NCBI GenBank assembly: GCA_024137785.1
Contig: JAHRHZ010000047.1
Span: 14,912,876 to 14,976,875, forward strand
From: Ginglymostoma cirratum
Lineage: Eukaryota
Direction: 5' to 3'
DNA length: 64,000 nucleotides
Shown: positions 1 to 13,116 of the stretch, piece after piece
Layout of the letters: each line of letters begins with the position of its first letter
Position numbering within the stretch: the stretch's first letter is position 1
Made by a program: the position numbers and the translations under genes
The notes under the pieces: model-generated
Told to the model about the DNA's origin: nothing
What the model saw: only the letters and a program-made list of their open reading frames with translations
Database searches by the model: none

Positions 1-619
1 AATATCATTTATTTTTGGGATTGGACTCCTAAATTTTGAACAAATAGATTGTAGGGCTTTCTGTCTGAGGGAGTTTAATGATTAATTTGTAAGTTTTTCT
101 ATAATTGTAGTGATTTCTATTAAAACAGTTTGAAAAAGATAGCCTCAAAAATGGGTTTTTGTTTTTATTGAGAAAGCTTATAAGAGAAAAAAAAGCACAT
201 ACCGTAGTACATTAAGCCTTCCAATGGAAGATTTCTAGACTTTTTTTTAATCTTAAGGGGGAATCAACTATAACTAGCAGAGAAACTATTCAGTTTTAGT
301 TTCAATTTGGAGACTTCAATGGGGAATATAGGTACGTAAAGCAGTTGCTGCTAAGATAGAGGGCAGATAGCTTAGATTTGTTACAAAATAGATTACCTCA
401 GAATAAGAAATTTAGTAATCGTTCCTGATCAGAAGCATTTGAGTAAAACCCTGAAGGGGCTATTTGAAGCTAAGAAAATATAAGCTCATGCATATGAAAG
501 CTTCAGGTAGAAACAGGAAACCTAGGAGTTAGATTAAGTCAATAGGGCTGACAGAAAAGGAAAATTTCAGTCAGTATTAGATGAAACAACAGATGAAAAA
601 TACCATGGGTGATTTGGTG

Positions 620-1325
620 ATAGGGATCTGTGGGGGTTGGGGGGGTGGGTTGGATGGCAGGGTGATGTGGTGTTGTTGTAGGTTTCAGGGTAGTGTGGGG
701 TGGGGGTAGGAGTGGGGGGTGGATGCAGATGTTGGGGTGTGGTTGTGTGGGGGAGGGTGGCTGTGTGGTTCCGGGTGGGGATGTGATCATGAGGGTGTGG
801 TTGTGGGAGCGGAGTAGCAGTGGGGTTGCAGGTGGGGGAGTGGGTATGTTGTTGTGAGAGTGGGGATATAGGTGTGGTGTGGGATTGAGGAGTGGGTGTG
901 TGTGTGGGTGGGTGTAGGAGTGGAAGTGGGTGTCGGGGGTGTGGGTATAGGTGTGTTTGGGTATGTAAGGGTGTGGGTGTGTAGGTGTGTAGGTTTGGGG
1001 GTGTGGGTGTGGGTGTGGGTGTATGTGGGGGCTGGGGTTGTGGGTTCGGAGGTGGGGTGTGGGTATGAGTCCGATGGGTTTATGTGGGTGTGGGTGAGGG
1101 TGATGGGGGTGTGGGTGCAGGTTATGGTGTGGGTGTGGGTGATGGTGTGGGTGGGTGAGGGTGGGGGTGCGTATGTGTGGGTGGGGTTGGGGGTAGGGGT
1201 GTGGATGTAGGTTCAGGTGGGTGGGTGCGTGTGGGTGTGGGTGAGGGAGGGTATGGGTGTGGATAACAGTGTGGGTGGGTGAGGGTGAGGGTGAGGGTGA
1301 GGGGGGAGGATGTGGGTGTGGGTGT
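620..1325 (+). repeat. G/T-rich low-complexity tract (GGGTGT-like)
   Basis: Direct reading. Confidence 0.95.
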
Positions 1326-3677
1326 AATCCCTGGGCTGTATGCAGGGAGAGCATTAACCCATCAAAAAAAACAGAACTTATCTAAAGAGCCTGAAACTCT
1401 TGAGCGAAATTTACACAAAGGTGGGGCAAGAGGACGCAGCAGCAAAATTATTGCCTTGAGTATAATATCTGGCAAAACTGGAGTCATTACAACATTGAGA
1501 CATGTATTATCTTAATAGTCAGAATTTGACCTTTGTTTAACAGCAAAGATGATGTGTTTACGTAATGTGGACCCTTAGGCATATTTTTTCTCACAAAGAT
1601 AGATTCCATATCTATGGTTATTGAAACTTTTCAATTTAAATTATCTAAGTTGCAAAAACTTGCCCCAGACACTGAGCTTTTGAAGCATCGGCATTTCTCA
1701 TGGGATTATCTGGGTTGAAAGATAAAGCTTTGGAATAGACTCCATCTCTCATTGTGATACTTGAAGGCCAAATATAATAGACATTGTGACAGTATATATT
1801 GCCACGATGATTCCTACAGAAAATAATTGGGAGACAGGCTCAAGTCAGGCATGTGTTAAACTAAGGACTATGTTATGGGAGAGAAAATAAACTTCAGAAT
1901 GATGTGTTTAGGGTCAGAGATAAACGCAATAGAAGAAATGGAAGAGATGTGAAAATTTAGAGAGACCTTCGTGGTTAGTGAGGCAGTAGCCATGAAGCGG
2001 TGGAGACTCACATGCCCAATACCTAACCTAGACTTAGAAAGTGGTAATGATGTCTGTCTCTAGGGATTCCATCTCCTGATGACTATTATATCTCGTTATT
2101 GGAAAGGATCATACCTATGACATTAGGTGTCTGTCTCTGCTATGGAGCTGGCCAGGTTGGGAGTGCAGTGTTTGAGCTTCTGACCCACTCAGGTCAAAAT
2201 TGGGGGTCAGGGGTGGGGAGGGGGTGCCTGGAATTCTGGAATCAGGTCCTGGATATCAATTTTTCACATCCATGGTATCTCTCCAACTGCTTGAAACCTT
2301 GTCCAACATTTAGAGTATAAGCAGAGGGAAGGAGATGGTTTGAATTACCTTTGACAACCATTTACATTTATAAAGCATTTTGGCAGAGTAGGAAAATCTC
2401 AACATACGTTATTGAGGTGATAATGATCAAGAGCAACAGAAGCTGTAGTGTTGGAAGTGACAAAAGCCATGACCAAGGAGATTGATTTTCAGCAGAGTTT
2501 GAAGAAAGAGGTCACAAAGTGAGTTGGGGATATGGTGGCACAGTAGTAATGACATAGGGCACGTAATCTAGAGGACACAGACTGGGAGAGGGAGCTGGGG
2601 GAATTTATAATCAATCAGTAATTCTGAAGTTGAAAAGTACAGATTCTCAGAAGAACCCACCTGACTAACCTAGGCCCTTTAGGGAGGGAAATCTATTGTC
2701 CTTTCCTAGTCTGGCCACAATGTGGTTGACTCTTAACTGCTCTCAAAGGTATTTAGACCAATGCTGGTCTTGCTACTGACACTCACGTCCCATTCAGGGA
2801 TTAAAAGGGCAGACATATTGATAGAGAACCTTTCAGAGTGTGGAATCAGAAAGAACAGAATGGAACAAAATTTAGAAAGAGGCCAATGGGTAGGTTTTTT
2901 TTCAATTATTCATTTCTGGAATACCTGTTATTACCCAGAGGGTAGTTAAGAGTCAACCACATTGCTGTGGGCCTGGAGTCACATGTAGTCTGGACCAGGT
3001 AAGAATGGCAGTCTCCTTCCCTGAAGGACACCAGTGAACCAGATGAGATTTTGCCCCTGACAATAAATGACAGCTTCACAGTCATCATTTGGCTTAATTC
3101 TACGTTTTTATTCAATTGAAATTCCACCATTTGCCATGGCAGGATTCAAACCCATGTCCCCAGAACATTACCTGTACCATTAGTCTAATGATGATACCAC
3201 TAAGCCATCATGTCCCCTGACTGTTAATAGATATATAGGTTAGAAGGCACTGAAGGAGGGTGGAGTGATGCTTTTCCAAGGAGGTGTAAATAAGGAGGCA
3301 GATTTTGATTTCATTAGAAGCCAGGGCAAGTTGTTAACTGCAAAGAGAGAGATTCAATGTAGAATGAGATGCAGGGAGTGGGCTAACCAGACATCATGGA
3401 GATATGTTTGAGAGACCAAGAAGGATTGTGTTGAGGAAGGCAGATCCACAGTAACCATAACAAGGATCAAATCTTGATAAATTAGGATGGGAGGAAGTAA
3501 AGGCGATGGCTAATGATGTTGCAGAAGTACAAAAGGGTGAGTTTGAGGGTGAAACCAAGTTTAAAGCTGACCTTGGGGTCCAAGAAAAACCACTGAGGCA
3601 GAGCTCCTCAGATTCCAAAAACAAGTGTGCTGGAATGTTGGAATCTGAGGAAGAAGAATTAGGGGTGGTCCTGAAAG

Positions 3678-4029
3678 GATGGCATGGTGGCTCAGTGGCT
3701 CAGTAGTTGACACTGCTGCCTCACAGCGCCAGGGGCCCAGGTTCAATTCCAGCCTCAGGCAACTGTCTGTGTGGAGTTTGCACCTTCTCCCCATGTCTGC
3801 ATGGGTTTCCTCTGAGTTCTCTGGTTTCCTCCCACAATCCAAAGATGTGCAAGTTAGGTGGATTGGCCATGCTAAAATGCCTATTGTGCCCAGGGATGTG
3901 CAGGCTGGGTGGATTAGCCATGGGAAATGCACAGTTACAGAGAGAGTTGGGTCTGGGTGGGATACTGTTCAGTGTTGACTTGATGGGCTGAATGGCCTGC
4001 TTCCACACAGTAGGGTTTTTATGATTCTA
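3678..4029 (+). mobile_element. HE1-type V-SINE
   Basis: tRNA-like head, V-domain tgtggagtttgcac..ggtttcctcccaca, CR1-type tail. Confidence 0.93.
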
Positions 4030-4308
4030 AAACTTGGACTATCTTTCATCGGCCAAGTAGAAGGTTGGGTGTGGGGGTGCTCAGTTTTGCTGACAGCATG
4101 TTGAGAAATTTCTGGTCCTTCCAAGTCTTGACATCAAACAGAAAATCTAGCAGTAAGCCAGCGAAGGAAGGATAATGGGAAATGTGAGAAAACGTTTTCA
4201 AATTTGGAATAGAGATTTTATTGGGTAAATGGGGGAAATCAGTTTCACCTAAAGAATGAAAGGAAAGCTGCAGAGAATTAATAACCTTTTAAAATTTATT
4301 TCTTTTGT

Positions 4309-4621
4309 GTAGAATGCCCACAGTGGGGACAGGCCATTTGGTCCAACAAGTCCACATCAGCCCTCTGAAGAGCATCCCCACCAGACCCATTCCCTTATTC
4401 TATCCCAGAAACTGTGTATTTTCCATGGCACCTAACCTACACATCCCTGAACACTATGGGCAATTTAGCACGGCTAATCCACCTCGGAGCACCCAGATGA
4501 AACTCATACAGACACGGGCAGAACGTGCAAACTCCACACAGACAGTTGCCCGAGTATGGAATTGAACCCAGGTTCCTGGCATTGTGAGACAGCAGTGCTA
4601 ACCACTGAGTCACCGCACTGC
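4309..4621 (-). mobile_element. HE1-type V-SINE
   Basis: Reverse complement of the 3678-4029 structure. Confidence 0.9.
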
Positions 4622-4729
4622 TCCATGGTCCCCAAATGTAGGATGGCTCTTGAGGGGTTTATCCAACTGAACAAATCATTCAGGGTATGAGCCCGGGTTC
4701 TGGGTAGGTGCTCCCATTCACTGTGGTAA

Positions 4730-5325
4730 TATCATGGGAAGTGGGCATCACAGGCTGGGCCAGTATTTATTGCCCATCCCTAACTACCCCTTTCAAAGGT
4801 GGTAGTGGCTGCCTTCCTGACAAGTGCAAGCCAGCCTCAGTCTTGATAGGACAAGAATTCCAGGATTTTGACCCAGCAACAGAATCAGAGATATATTTCC
4901 AAGCCAGGTGAATGGCTTGGAGGGGACCTTGCTGGTGGTGGTGTTCCCATGTATCTGCTACTCCTGTCCTTCTAAATGGAAATGGCCATAGGTTTGAATG
5001 GTGCTGTCTGAGGATCCTTAGTGAAATTCTGCACTGCATCTTGTAGATTGCCACTCAGCAGCAGCAGTGTGGGCCGTGTTGGAGGAAGTGAATTTTGAAA
5101 GTGCTGGATTAGGATTTCATCAAGTGGATAGTTTTATGCTGTTGAGTTTTTTGAGTGTTATTGGAGCTGCACTCATTGAGGTAGCTGGAGAGTATTCTAT
5201 CACAAACATTACTTATGTTTGTAGCTGGTGGATAGACGTTGCAGAGTCAAGGGGTGAGTTAGTCTACACACCTTTCCCAGTCTCTGATTTGATCCTGTAG
5301 ACACATTATTTGTATGGCTGGTCCA
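4730..5325 (-). mobile_element. Zenon-like LINE 3' fragment
   Basis: Homologous to 58315-58940 (caggattttgacccagc, ggtggtgttcccatgtatctgc). Confidence 0.85.
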
Positions 5326-5399
5326 TATCTTTTGTGGACCAGAAATTATTTTTAGCTTGAAATGCTCTTCAATGAGTTATAGTGGTTCCCAAATATAGG

Positions 5400-5554
5400 A
5401 TGGCTCTTGAGGGGTTTACCTAACTCAGCAAATCATCCAGGGTATGAGCCTGGGTTCTGGGTAGGTGCTCCCATTCACAATGGGTACTCTAATTTGTGAA
5501 ATCTACTTTGGTAATGTCATCCACCCCATTGTGAGCAACAGCACAGAGGAGCCT
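5400..5554 (-). pseudogene. Pseudo-exon starting phase 0, 3' end uncertain
   Basis: Strong acceptor atttgttttctttctag. RLLCAVAHNGVDDITKVDFTN*STHCEWEHLPRTQAHTLDDLLS*VNPSRAIL. Confidence 0.45.
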
Positions 5555-5694
5555 CTAGAAAGAAAACAAATCACATGAACACAGATGTGCACAAGCTATC
5601 ATCAGGAATCCACACATAATCCAGATCCTAACTATAGGTTGCTGGGTGACATTGCAGAACACAAGAGGAAGCAATTTATTAAAAGCTTTGGCAC

Positions 5695-5782
5695 CGAGTA
5701 CAATGAAGTTTCCATGCAAGATGCAGCTTCTGCTGAAATCTAACGTTGCACATCGCACTCTATGGTCAGTTATATAATATCC
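5695..5782 (-). pseudogene. Pseudo-exon, ~88 nt (phase 2 to 0)
   Basis: Strong acceptor ttttatcttcagtctccag, weak donor gtgcca. DII*LTIECDVQR*ISAEAASCMETSLYS. Confidence 0.4.
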
Positions 5783-6106
5783 CTGGAGACTGAAGATAAA
5801 ACATCTTAATATGTCAGCGTTAAGTACACACATCCCATTCACATTTTTTTCAAACATTTAGGGAAATAATTTGCAGGGCTCTGTGGATACACCAGGGAAG
5901 GTTATTAATTTAATTGCTGCTACTAAAGGGCCAGTATGGAGACAATGGGCAGAACAGCCACCTTCTGTGCTGTATTATTCTATGTTTTACAATGTAATTC
6001 TGATATAGGTACTTAGTTCTTTTGTCCCAACTTCCTCACTTTTTCCCTTCTCATGATTTATGTGGAGGTGCTGTTGGCTCTGAATGTGCCCTAGTACTTT
6101 CTCCAG

Positions 6107-6440
6107 TAGGTTGCTAACTCTCCAAGATTAGCCTGGAGTGTCTGCAAACCAGAGATTGATCTCCAGGACACCGCTGTGTGTAACCGTGGAGAAAAGTTGT
6201 GAGGACATTAAGAAAGATTTTTTTCTCATTTTCTTTGAACACTCTGGACATAAATACATTGAAAATGAGGAGGAAAAAGCTGTTTGGCCAACAGTCAAGT
6301 ATGACCCAATGGGATAATGAGTCTTTTTGCTTCAGTGTGTTCACAAGAATGGATGTGTTGGCTGATTAATGGCGGGAGCTTGGGGAACTGTCATTTGACG
6401 AAACCTCCAGGAATATATTTAATCATTGCTGGAAACTCTA
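6107..6440. mobile_element. Decayed MITE with TAGGGTTGCCA-like TIRs (hAT-like); related copy ~25996-26347
   Basis: taggttgctaact..gctggaaactcta ends. Internal similarity between the two copies (gatt..cctg.agt; gaaacctccag). Confidence 0.5.
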
Positions 6441-8581
6441 TTCTGAGTGGCTGTATTCCTTGTGAGCATTCACTGCTGATGCGACTGCGAAGGGTAGGGG
6501 TGGGAGAGACAACAATGGAGCCTGTTCTTGCCTTTTCTCAGTGTCTTCACCAGGAAGTTATGGGCTATGTGTAGCACCATGACCACACATTATAACCCCA
6601 TATCACTTACAGGCAAATTGAACTTTAATTTCAGCTCTCCTTTTAAAAGGAGAATTAATACAACCAAAATGTCAGTGGATGTAAATTCAGAGTTTGCCTG
6701 GAGAGACAGACAGAGAAAGAGAGATGCTGGAATGTCATGCCTGATAAGGTGTCATAGAAGTTTCAAAAGGATGGACTCAAAGGGAGAAATGCACTACAAA
6801 CTGAAATGTAACCTCCTGGCACTTATCTCAGATCATGAACATGGAGGCGGAAAAAGGTAGCCAATCAGGTGAGAGGCATGTTTTATTCAAGGATACACAA
6901 GGATAGGGGTTACAAGTAAGCTTCAAGGCCGGATTGTGTATTTTACTGGCTGAAAATTCCGATGTATGGACTAGCGCACTGTAAACACCACAATTTCAAG
7001 AACATCTACTAAATAGCCCAGCACTGCAGGTAAAGAAAGATAAAAGAAAGGGAAAATAACTTGCCTCATTCCGAATGTGCCAGCTAGTTACTGCCTAAAA
7101 GGAACCAGAATGAAAGAGTTTCAATCAACCTACAACATCAAAAAATTGAAATTGTTAGTTCAACTATCAATGTCAACGCTACCAGAAGCATCCATTGTAA
7201 TGGCTGCAACATTTTACAAATTTACTTTTTAAGAATAAACCTGAAACTGAACTGTATATCAATTTTTAACTATTACCTTTCTAGTAGACTTGCTTCTTAT
7301 TCCTAATCTAAACATAAAACTGTCTTTTTTGTGTGTATTTTCACTTGTGGACTGGAATGAAAAAGTAACCCTTTTAAAACCAACAATTGCTGGAGAATTG
7401 CTGCATGTTTTGAAATCAAGTATTCTGACATTCATTGAAGCATTGTTTATGCAGCTGCCTGTTCAAGTAATTGTTGAAGTGTGGTTTGCAGACAAGCTGG
7501 AGGTGAGAGATGTGTAAAAATGGGGATGCAGCTGGCAACATGTAGCTGATTGGTCTGTGGACTAGCAGTCAGTTATCAACGACAAAGATCCTCTACCTGC
7601 TAACAGCTATGTGGTTGGTTCCCAGATGTGAACAAGACACTGTGAAGCCTTCGGATGTCTACCAGTTCTCTCTGTTTTCTGCAGCAAATGTCACTTTAAA
7701 CCTGAAGAAAACTATCTTATTTTCCTCCCAGCAGTTGCGGTAAGCTGTAATTTTTAGTGAGGAAGTCATGTAAGTGAATTAGCCACCCTGTGCCTTTAGC
7801 AAACCAATGGAAACGTGTGTAAAAGAACAATTGAGGAGCACTGTTTTGATCAGGACAAGTTCAATCTGAGCAGATCTTGTGAACAGAGACCAATGAACTG
7901 CTTTCCCAGTCTTCCCTCCAACAGTGGCTCCTGACAGGCACATCCTTTTTCCCTTTCTATGTGTGTGTGTGTGCACGTGTGTGTGTGTAAGGCGGAGCTT
8001 TTAAGGGGGGTGGAGTTTTAATCTGTAGCGTTATATCTAACAGTTCATAATTGACTACCTGTAGTTACAGTCTATTTGCTTGGGACAAATTCACATTTTT
8101 GTTAAGTATAGAAATCTGGTCTGGACTTTCTCTCAAACACTACACCTAAAAGACAGAAAATTGGGGAAAAGACAAGGAATTTTGAATATGTTTTAAAATA
8201 CTTAATATTTTGATGATTCTACAAATGATGGGGCTTGATTTCCAGTGCTCTAGCCTAGTGAGGCATAACATTGTTTGTGTGTGTGCTTTGTGTTATTATT
8301 CCTTTTCGTGTTTAGTAACTAATCCGAATAAATCCTAATCCTAATAAACAAATCCTTTCGTCAACTTGAGAAAGCCTGCTAGATTGCCCCCTTTTGATGC
8401 ATAACTTCATCCACTCTTGGAGAAATGTATCCACAAAGGAAGGATCCATATGGCTTACCATCATCATGACCAGTTGCTGGGTGCTGGGTGAATAAAGACA
8501 GGGAACAAATACAACACTTCCCACCCCGGACCTTGACATTTTGGGTTATCCCATCCATAACCGTAGTAACATGGGGAACCT

Positions 8582-8907
8582 TAGAATCCCTACAGCGTAG
8601 AAGCAGGGCGTTCAGCCCATCGGGTCAACACTGATCCTCCAAAAAGCATCCCACCCAGAACCACCACCCTGTAACCCATGGCTAACCCACCTAGCCTTCA
8701 CATTCCTGAATATTATGGACGTTTTAGCATGGCCAATCCACCCTAACCTGCGCATCTTTTGACCGTAGGAGGAAACCAGATCTGACACAGAGGATGGGGG
8801 GAAAGGAACATGTGAACGTCACACAGACAGTAGCCTGAGGGCGGAATTGAACGTAGATCCCTAGCGCACTAAGGCAGCAGTGCTAACACTGAGCCACCAT
8901 GCCACCC
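8582..8907 (-). mobile_element. HE1-type V-SINE
   Basis: Same head, V-domain and tail; diverged. Confidence 0.9.
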
Positions 8908-9840
8908 TAAATCTGGGGTCTGGGTGTAACAGCGATACAAAGCTTGTCAGGTCTCCCCTTGCAGCCGAAGACAGGGGAACAAGGCTGGGACCTGGTCTGT
9001 ACAAAGAAGTTAGCATTGGCTTTACCAACAGAGCCCTGTTTGTTATAAAGCCCTACAGAAAGGGAGTGATATCCTGTTCTATGGGCACCAGAATCAACAG
9101 AGGCTCCCTGTCTGATGGACTTCCAGTTCATGCTTTTGAGTTGCCTGAGTGATTTCGGTGTTACAGGTAGTTGAAAGAACTGATGGTGCATTGGTTTCAC
9201 ATCTTACCCAAAGGGCAGCATATCAGACAGGGCTGCATTCCCTTGGTATTGTGCTGGGAGTGTTAAACTCCGATCTCTTTGGCAGGCTGTGAACCCAACA
9301 AACTCCTGAATCAGTGGCCTCCACTAAATGACTGCTGACACCAGGATCCTGCAAATTCTAATGTAGATGTGTTGAGTTATCCAAGTCAAGTCGGTGAAAA
9401 ATATTTTCTTTGCAAGAAATAAAATTATTATTGTGCCATTGAAACTTTTATGCTCAAATTCACCCTTTGTGTTCAGATTTTGTTTTTGGTAAAAATATGG
9501 CCTTCTTCCAACAGTTTTCTTCTGCAGCTTATTGTGGACTGTTCTTCCTGTTAGGAGATTGTTTTGGAGTAGAGCCTGTGTGATTTATTGCGACTCGCAG
9601 TGTTTATGACTGATCAGGTTCAACATGGGGACAGGAGTTGGCAGAAATAGCACGGATACGACACAACAAACATGAGGTACGTGTAGAAATCCCCCTTACG
9701 ATAACAAAACTACATGAATCAATCTTCATTTTGTACAATTCAAAAACAAATGAATGTACTCTGCTCTTTTTTTCCTCGCAGCGGTAATTGCTGGACAACA
9801 TGATATCAGAATTCCCGATCTGAATCCTTACAATACTCAC

Positions 9841-9952
9841 ACGGGGTTTGTTTCTTCCATTCAAAGGCCAGAATATCAGTCCCTGGGTTGAGCACATGTT
9901 GTCAACAGTAGTTGTTCAGTTGGTTGTACTTGAGTCTCCAAGGCACAAATTT
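9841..9952 (-). pseudogene. Pseudo-exon, 112 nt (phase 1 to 2)
   Basis: Acceptor tttgaatccag, consensus donor gtgagt. ICALETQVQPTEQLLLTTCAQPRD*YSGL*MEETNP. Confidence 0.55.
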
Positions 9953-9984
9953 CTGGATTCAAACATCACATAACTCACTGGAAG

Positions 9985-10268
9985 TTCGAAGAACGAGAGG
10001 GGAGCCTCATAGAAACATATAAAATCCTGATGGGCCTGGACAGGCTAGATGCAGGAAGGATGTTCCTCATGTTGGGAAAGTCCAGAACAAAGGGTCACAG
10101 TCTAAGAATAAGGGGTAAGGCATTCAGGATTGAGATGAGGAAGAATTTCTTCAGTCAGAGAGTTGTGAACTTGTGGAATTCTGTACTACAGAAAGCTATT
10201 GGGGCCAGTTTGTTAGATATATTCAAGGGGGATCTGGACGTGGCCTTTGCGGCTAAAGGGATCAAGGC
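9985..10268 (+). mobile_element. CR1 3' fragment
   Basis: GLDRLDAGRMF..RTKGHSLRIRG..RKNFFSQRVVNLWNS. Confidence 0.88.
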
Positions 10269-10378
10269 ATTGTACAGGATGGGCTAAAATTGATGAGATA
10301 TTCAACAGCTTCATGACCTTCAATGAGTTCTGTGAACATTCCTGTATGTGCCAAAGATAGCAAAATCAATGTGTTTCT

Positions 10379-10505
10379 CTGATGAAGGGTCTAGGCCCGA
10401 AACGTCAAGTTTTCCTGCTCCTATGATGCTGCTTGGCCTGCTGTGTTCATCCAGCCCCATGCTTGTTATCTCGGATTCTCCAGCATCTGCAGTACCTTTT
10501 ATCTC
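10379..10505 (+). mobile_element. Short Penelope terminal (pLTR) insertion
   Basis: Nearly identical to 54341-54439. Flanking repeat tgtgtttctctg at 10370 and 10506. Confidence 0.88.
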
Positions 10506-11372
10506 TGTGTTTCTCTGCAGTTGTTTTGCTGTACTTGCTGTTTTGTATTCTGCAAAAGAAGGGAGAGTTTTGTCCCAGTCATTGGACTTTCCCTCAGACC
10601 AGGATCACAAACAATGCCAGGAATGAATGTCAGCCTCCAGATCAGGTGTCAATCGAGGGGTCTCCAATGGGCACAAGGGCATGAGACTTGTTGCACTTTT
10701 TCTTATCTTTTCCTTTTTAAAATTATTACTTAATAAACAATGGCTGTTGTTGAGTCTTTTGTTAACTACATTTAGCTGAATCCAAAAAACACCTTGGATA
10801 CACTTTACAATCCAAGACAGGGGAATGGAAAGAAAACGAGAGTGGGACACTGAAATTGCATAACCAGCCAAGATGATATTGAAAGACAAGTGTAGGCTCA
10901 AAGGGCTGAATGGCCTACCCCTGCTCCTGTTTTCTATGTTTCTAAGTCTCTGTAAGCCCAAATTCCAAACAGAGATTTAAATGCTGCATGGCTGCGGACA
11001 CCATATTCTGGGTAAAATGTTTCAATAGAGGCTCCAATTGGCTGAATGGTAAAAAAAATCCTGAAAAAGTGTTTTGAAGAAAAACAGTGAGCAATCCCTG
11101 CCACGCCGATCAATATTCGGCCCTTATTAATGCCACAGAAAGTCGATGATCCAGACTTTACAACGTCGTTATTTGTGGGAGCCTGCTGTAGCCAATTGGA
11201 TGTTGTGCTTTCTACATTACACCAGTAAGTACACTTCAAACAAAATATCCCCAATTAGCTGCAAACTGTTTTGAAATGTCTAGTGGTTGTGAAAAGTGCT
11301 AGACAAATATTTTTTTCTTCATTTTAGAGGTGTACAATATTTGCTATGCGTGTTTCCCCCAGTCAACCTTAC

Positions 11373-11538
11373 GGCTGCGTACATGAACCCTGAGAGCTCC
11401 CCCCATTGCTAGGTCTTCATGTACCAGCCTTATCCATGAGTGTTCGATGGCTGTTCGACAGTGAGGCCGATTGCAGTCACAAATAAACAACCACAGCTCC
11501 AGCTTGGAGGGCTGAACTCAATGCTATTCAAGGTTCAT
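11373..11538 (-). pseudogene. Pseudo-exon, 166 nt (phase 0 to 1)
   Basis: Acceptor ttgttttgtaaaag, donor gtaagg. MNLE*H*VQPSKLELWLFICDCNRPHCRTAIEHSWIRLVHEDLAMGGALRVHVRS. Confidence 0.55.
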
Positions 11539-11902
11539 CTTTTACAAAACAACAATGGCGTAGGGGTCTTTAAATTGATGAATGGGGTGGGGAAGATGTG
11601 CAGAAAATATTTCCACTCGTGGGACAATCGAAAACCAGGCGTCATTTGTACATAATATTTACTAAAAAAAAAAATTCAATGAACTTCTTCCTTCAGAATG
11701 TGGTTAGAATGTAAAACTTTCTCATGACATGTCAGATACCATCTGGATTATCTTGAGTTCATTCACTGCCACCAATCGTTCTTATAGGTATTCACTGAAG
11801 TTACTGACACCATGGAGGGAAGAATATCCACACACCATCTCCCATGTTCAATGTCAAACAGTTGCTAGTCACATTATGTCTGAAATATATGATTACCTCA
11901 TA

Positions 11903-13116
11903 AGAACATAAGAACTAGAAGCAGGAGTAGGCCGTCAGGCCTTTCAAGCCTGCTCCGCCATTCAATAAGATCATGACTGATCTTTTTGTGGACTCAGATC
12001 CACTTACCCGTGCTCTCACTGTATCCCTTAATTCCTTTATTGTTCAAAAAAAATCTACCTTAGCTTTAATAACGTTTACTGAAGTAGCATCAACTACTTC
12101 ACTGGGCAAGGAATTCCATAGATTAACAACCCTCTGGGTGAAGAAGTTCCTTCTCAATTCAGTCCTAAATCTGCTCCCTCTAATCTTGAGGCTATGCCCT
12201 CTCGTCCTAGCTTCACTTACCAGTGGGAACATCCTCTCTACTTCTATCTTATCTATTCCCTTCATAATTTTATATGTTTCTATAAGATCCACCCTCGATC
12301 TTCTGAATACCAATGAATATAATCCCAATCTACTCAGTCTCTCCTCATAAACCAACCCCCTCAACTCTGGAATCAGCCTAGTGAACCTCCTCTGCACCCC
12401 CTCCAGTGCCAGTACATCCTTTCTCAAGTAAGGAGACCAAAACTGCACACAGTACTCCAGGTGTGGCCTCACCAGCACCTTGTACAGCTGCAACATAACC
12501 TCTCTGCTTTGAAACTCAATCCCTTTAGCAATGAAGGGCAAAATTCCATTTGCCTTCCTAATTACTTGTTGTACCTGCAGACCAACCTTCTGTGATTCAT
12601 GCACAAGGACACCCAGGTCCCTCTGCATAGCAGCATGCTGCAACTTTTTACCATTCAAGTAATAATCCTTTTTACTATTACTCCTACCAAAGTGTATGAC
12701 TTCACATTTATTTACATTGTATTCCATCTGCCAGACTTTTGCCCGTTCACTCAGTGTATCCATGTTCCTCTGCAAGGTTTCACAGTCTTCTGCACACTTT
12801 GCTCTGCCACTCATCTTAGTGTCATCTGCAAACTTTGACACCCTACACATGGTCCCCAACTCCAAATCTTCTATATAAATTGTAAATAATTGCGGTCCCA
12901 ACACCGAACCCTGAGGCACACCACTGGTCACTGATTGCCAGCCAGAATAGCACTCATTTATCCCCACTCTTTGCTTCCTGTTAGTCAACCAATCCTCTAT
13001 CCATGCTAATACTTTACCCCTAACGCCATGCATCCTTATCTTGTGCAGCAGCCTCTTGTGCGGCACATTGTCGAAGGCCTTTTAGAAATCCAGGTACACC
13101 ACATCCACTGGGTCCA
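11903..13116 (-). mobile_element. CR1/HER1-type LINE, 5'-truncated, young, RT C-terminal half open
   Basis: 340-aa ORF 12044-13066 with SGVPQGSVLGP, SKFADDTK, RPHLEYCVQFWSP. 3' tail (ttcttatg)-type. Confidence 0.96.

Noticed and set aside
539-1354. 271-aa His/Pro-rich ORF (and the similar ORFs at 20746-21345)
   Set aside because: By-product of low-complexity repeats, which are stop-poor in several frames.
3678-3755. tRNA gene (also at the other SINE heads)
   Set aside because: tRNA-derived SINE heads continuing into V-domain and LINE tail. No full cloverleaf.
5555-5857. 100-aa ORF as a terminal exon with hydrophobic tail
   Set aside because: Its frame does not match the phase-2 upstream donor, and its tail coincides with a polypyrimidine acceptor.
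9782-9891. Plus-strand exon after tttttttcctcgcag (VIAGQHD.., protease-like)
   Set aside because: Short, ends in a stop, and has no supporting plus-strand exon chain. It overlaps a better-fitting minus-strand exon.
12044-13066. 340-aa ORF as a host gene
   Set aside because: 5'-truncated CR1 reverse transcriptase.
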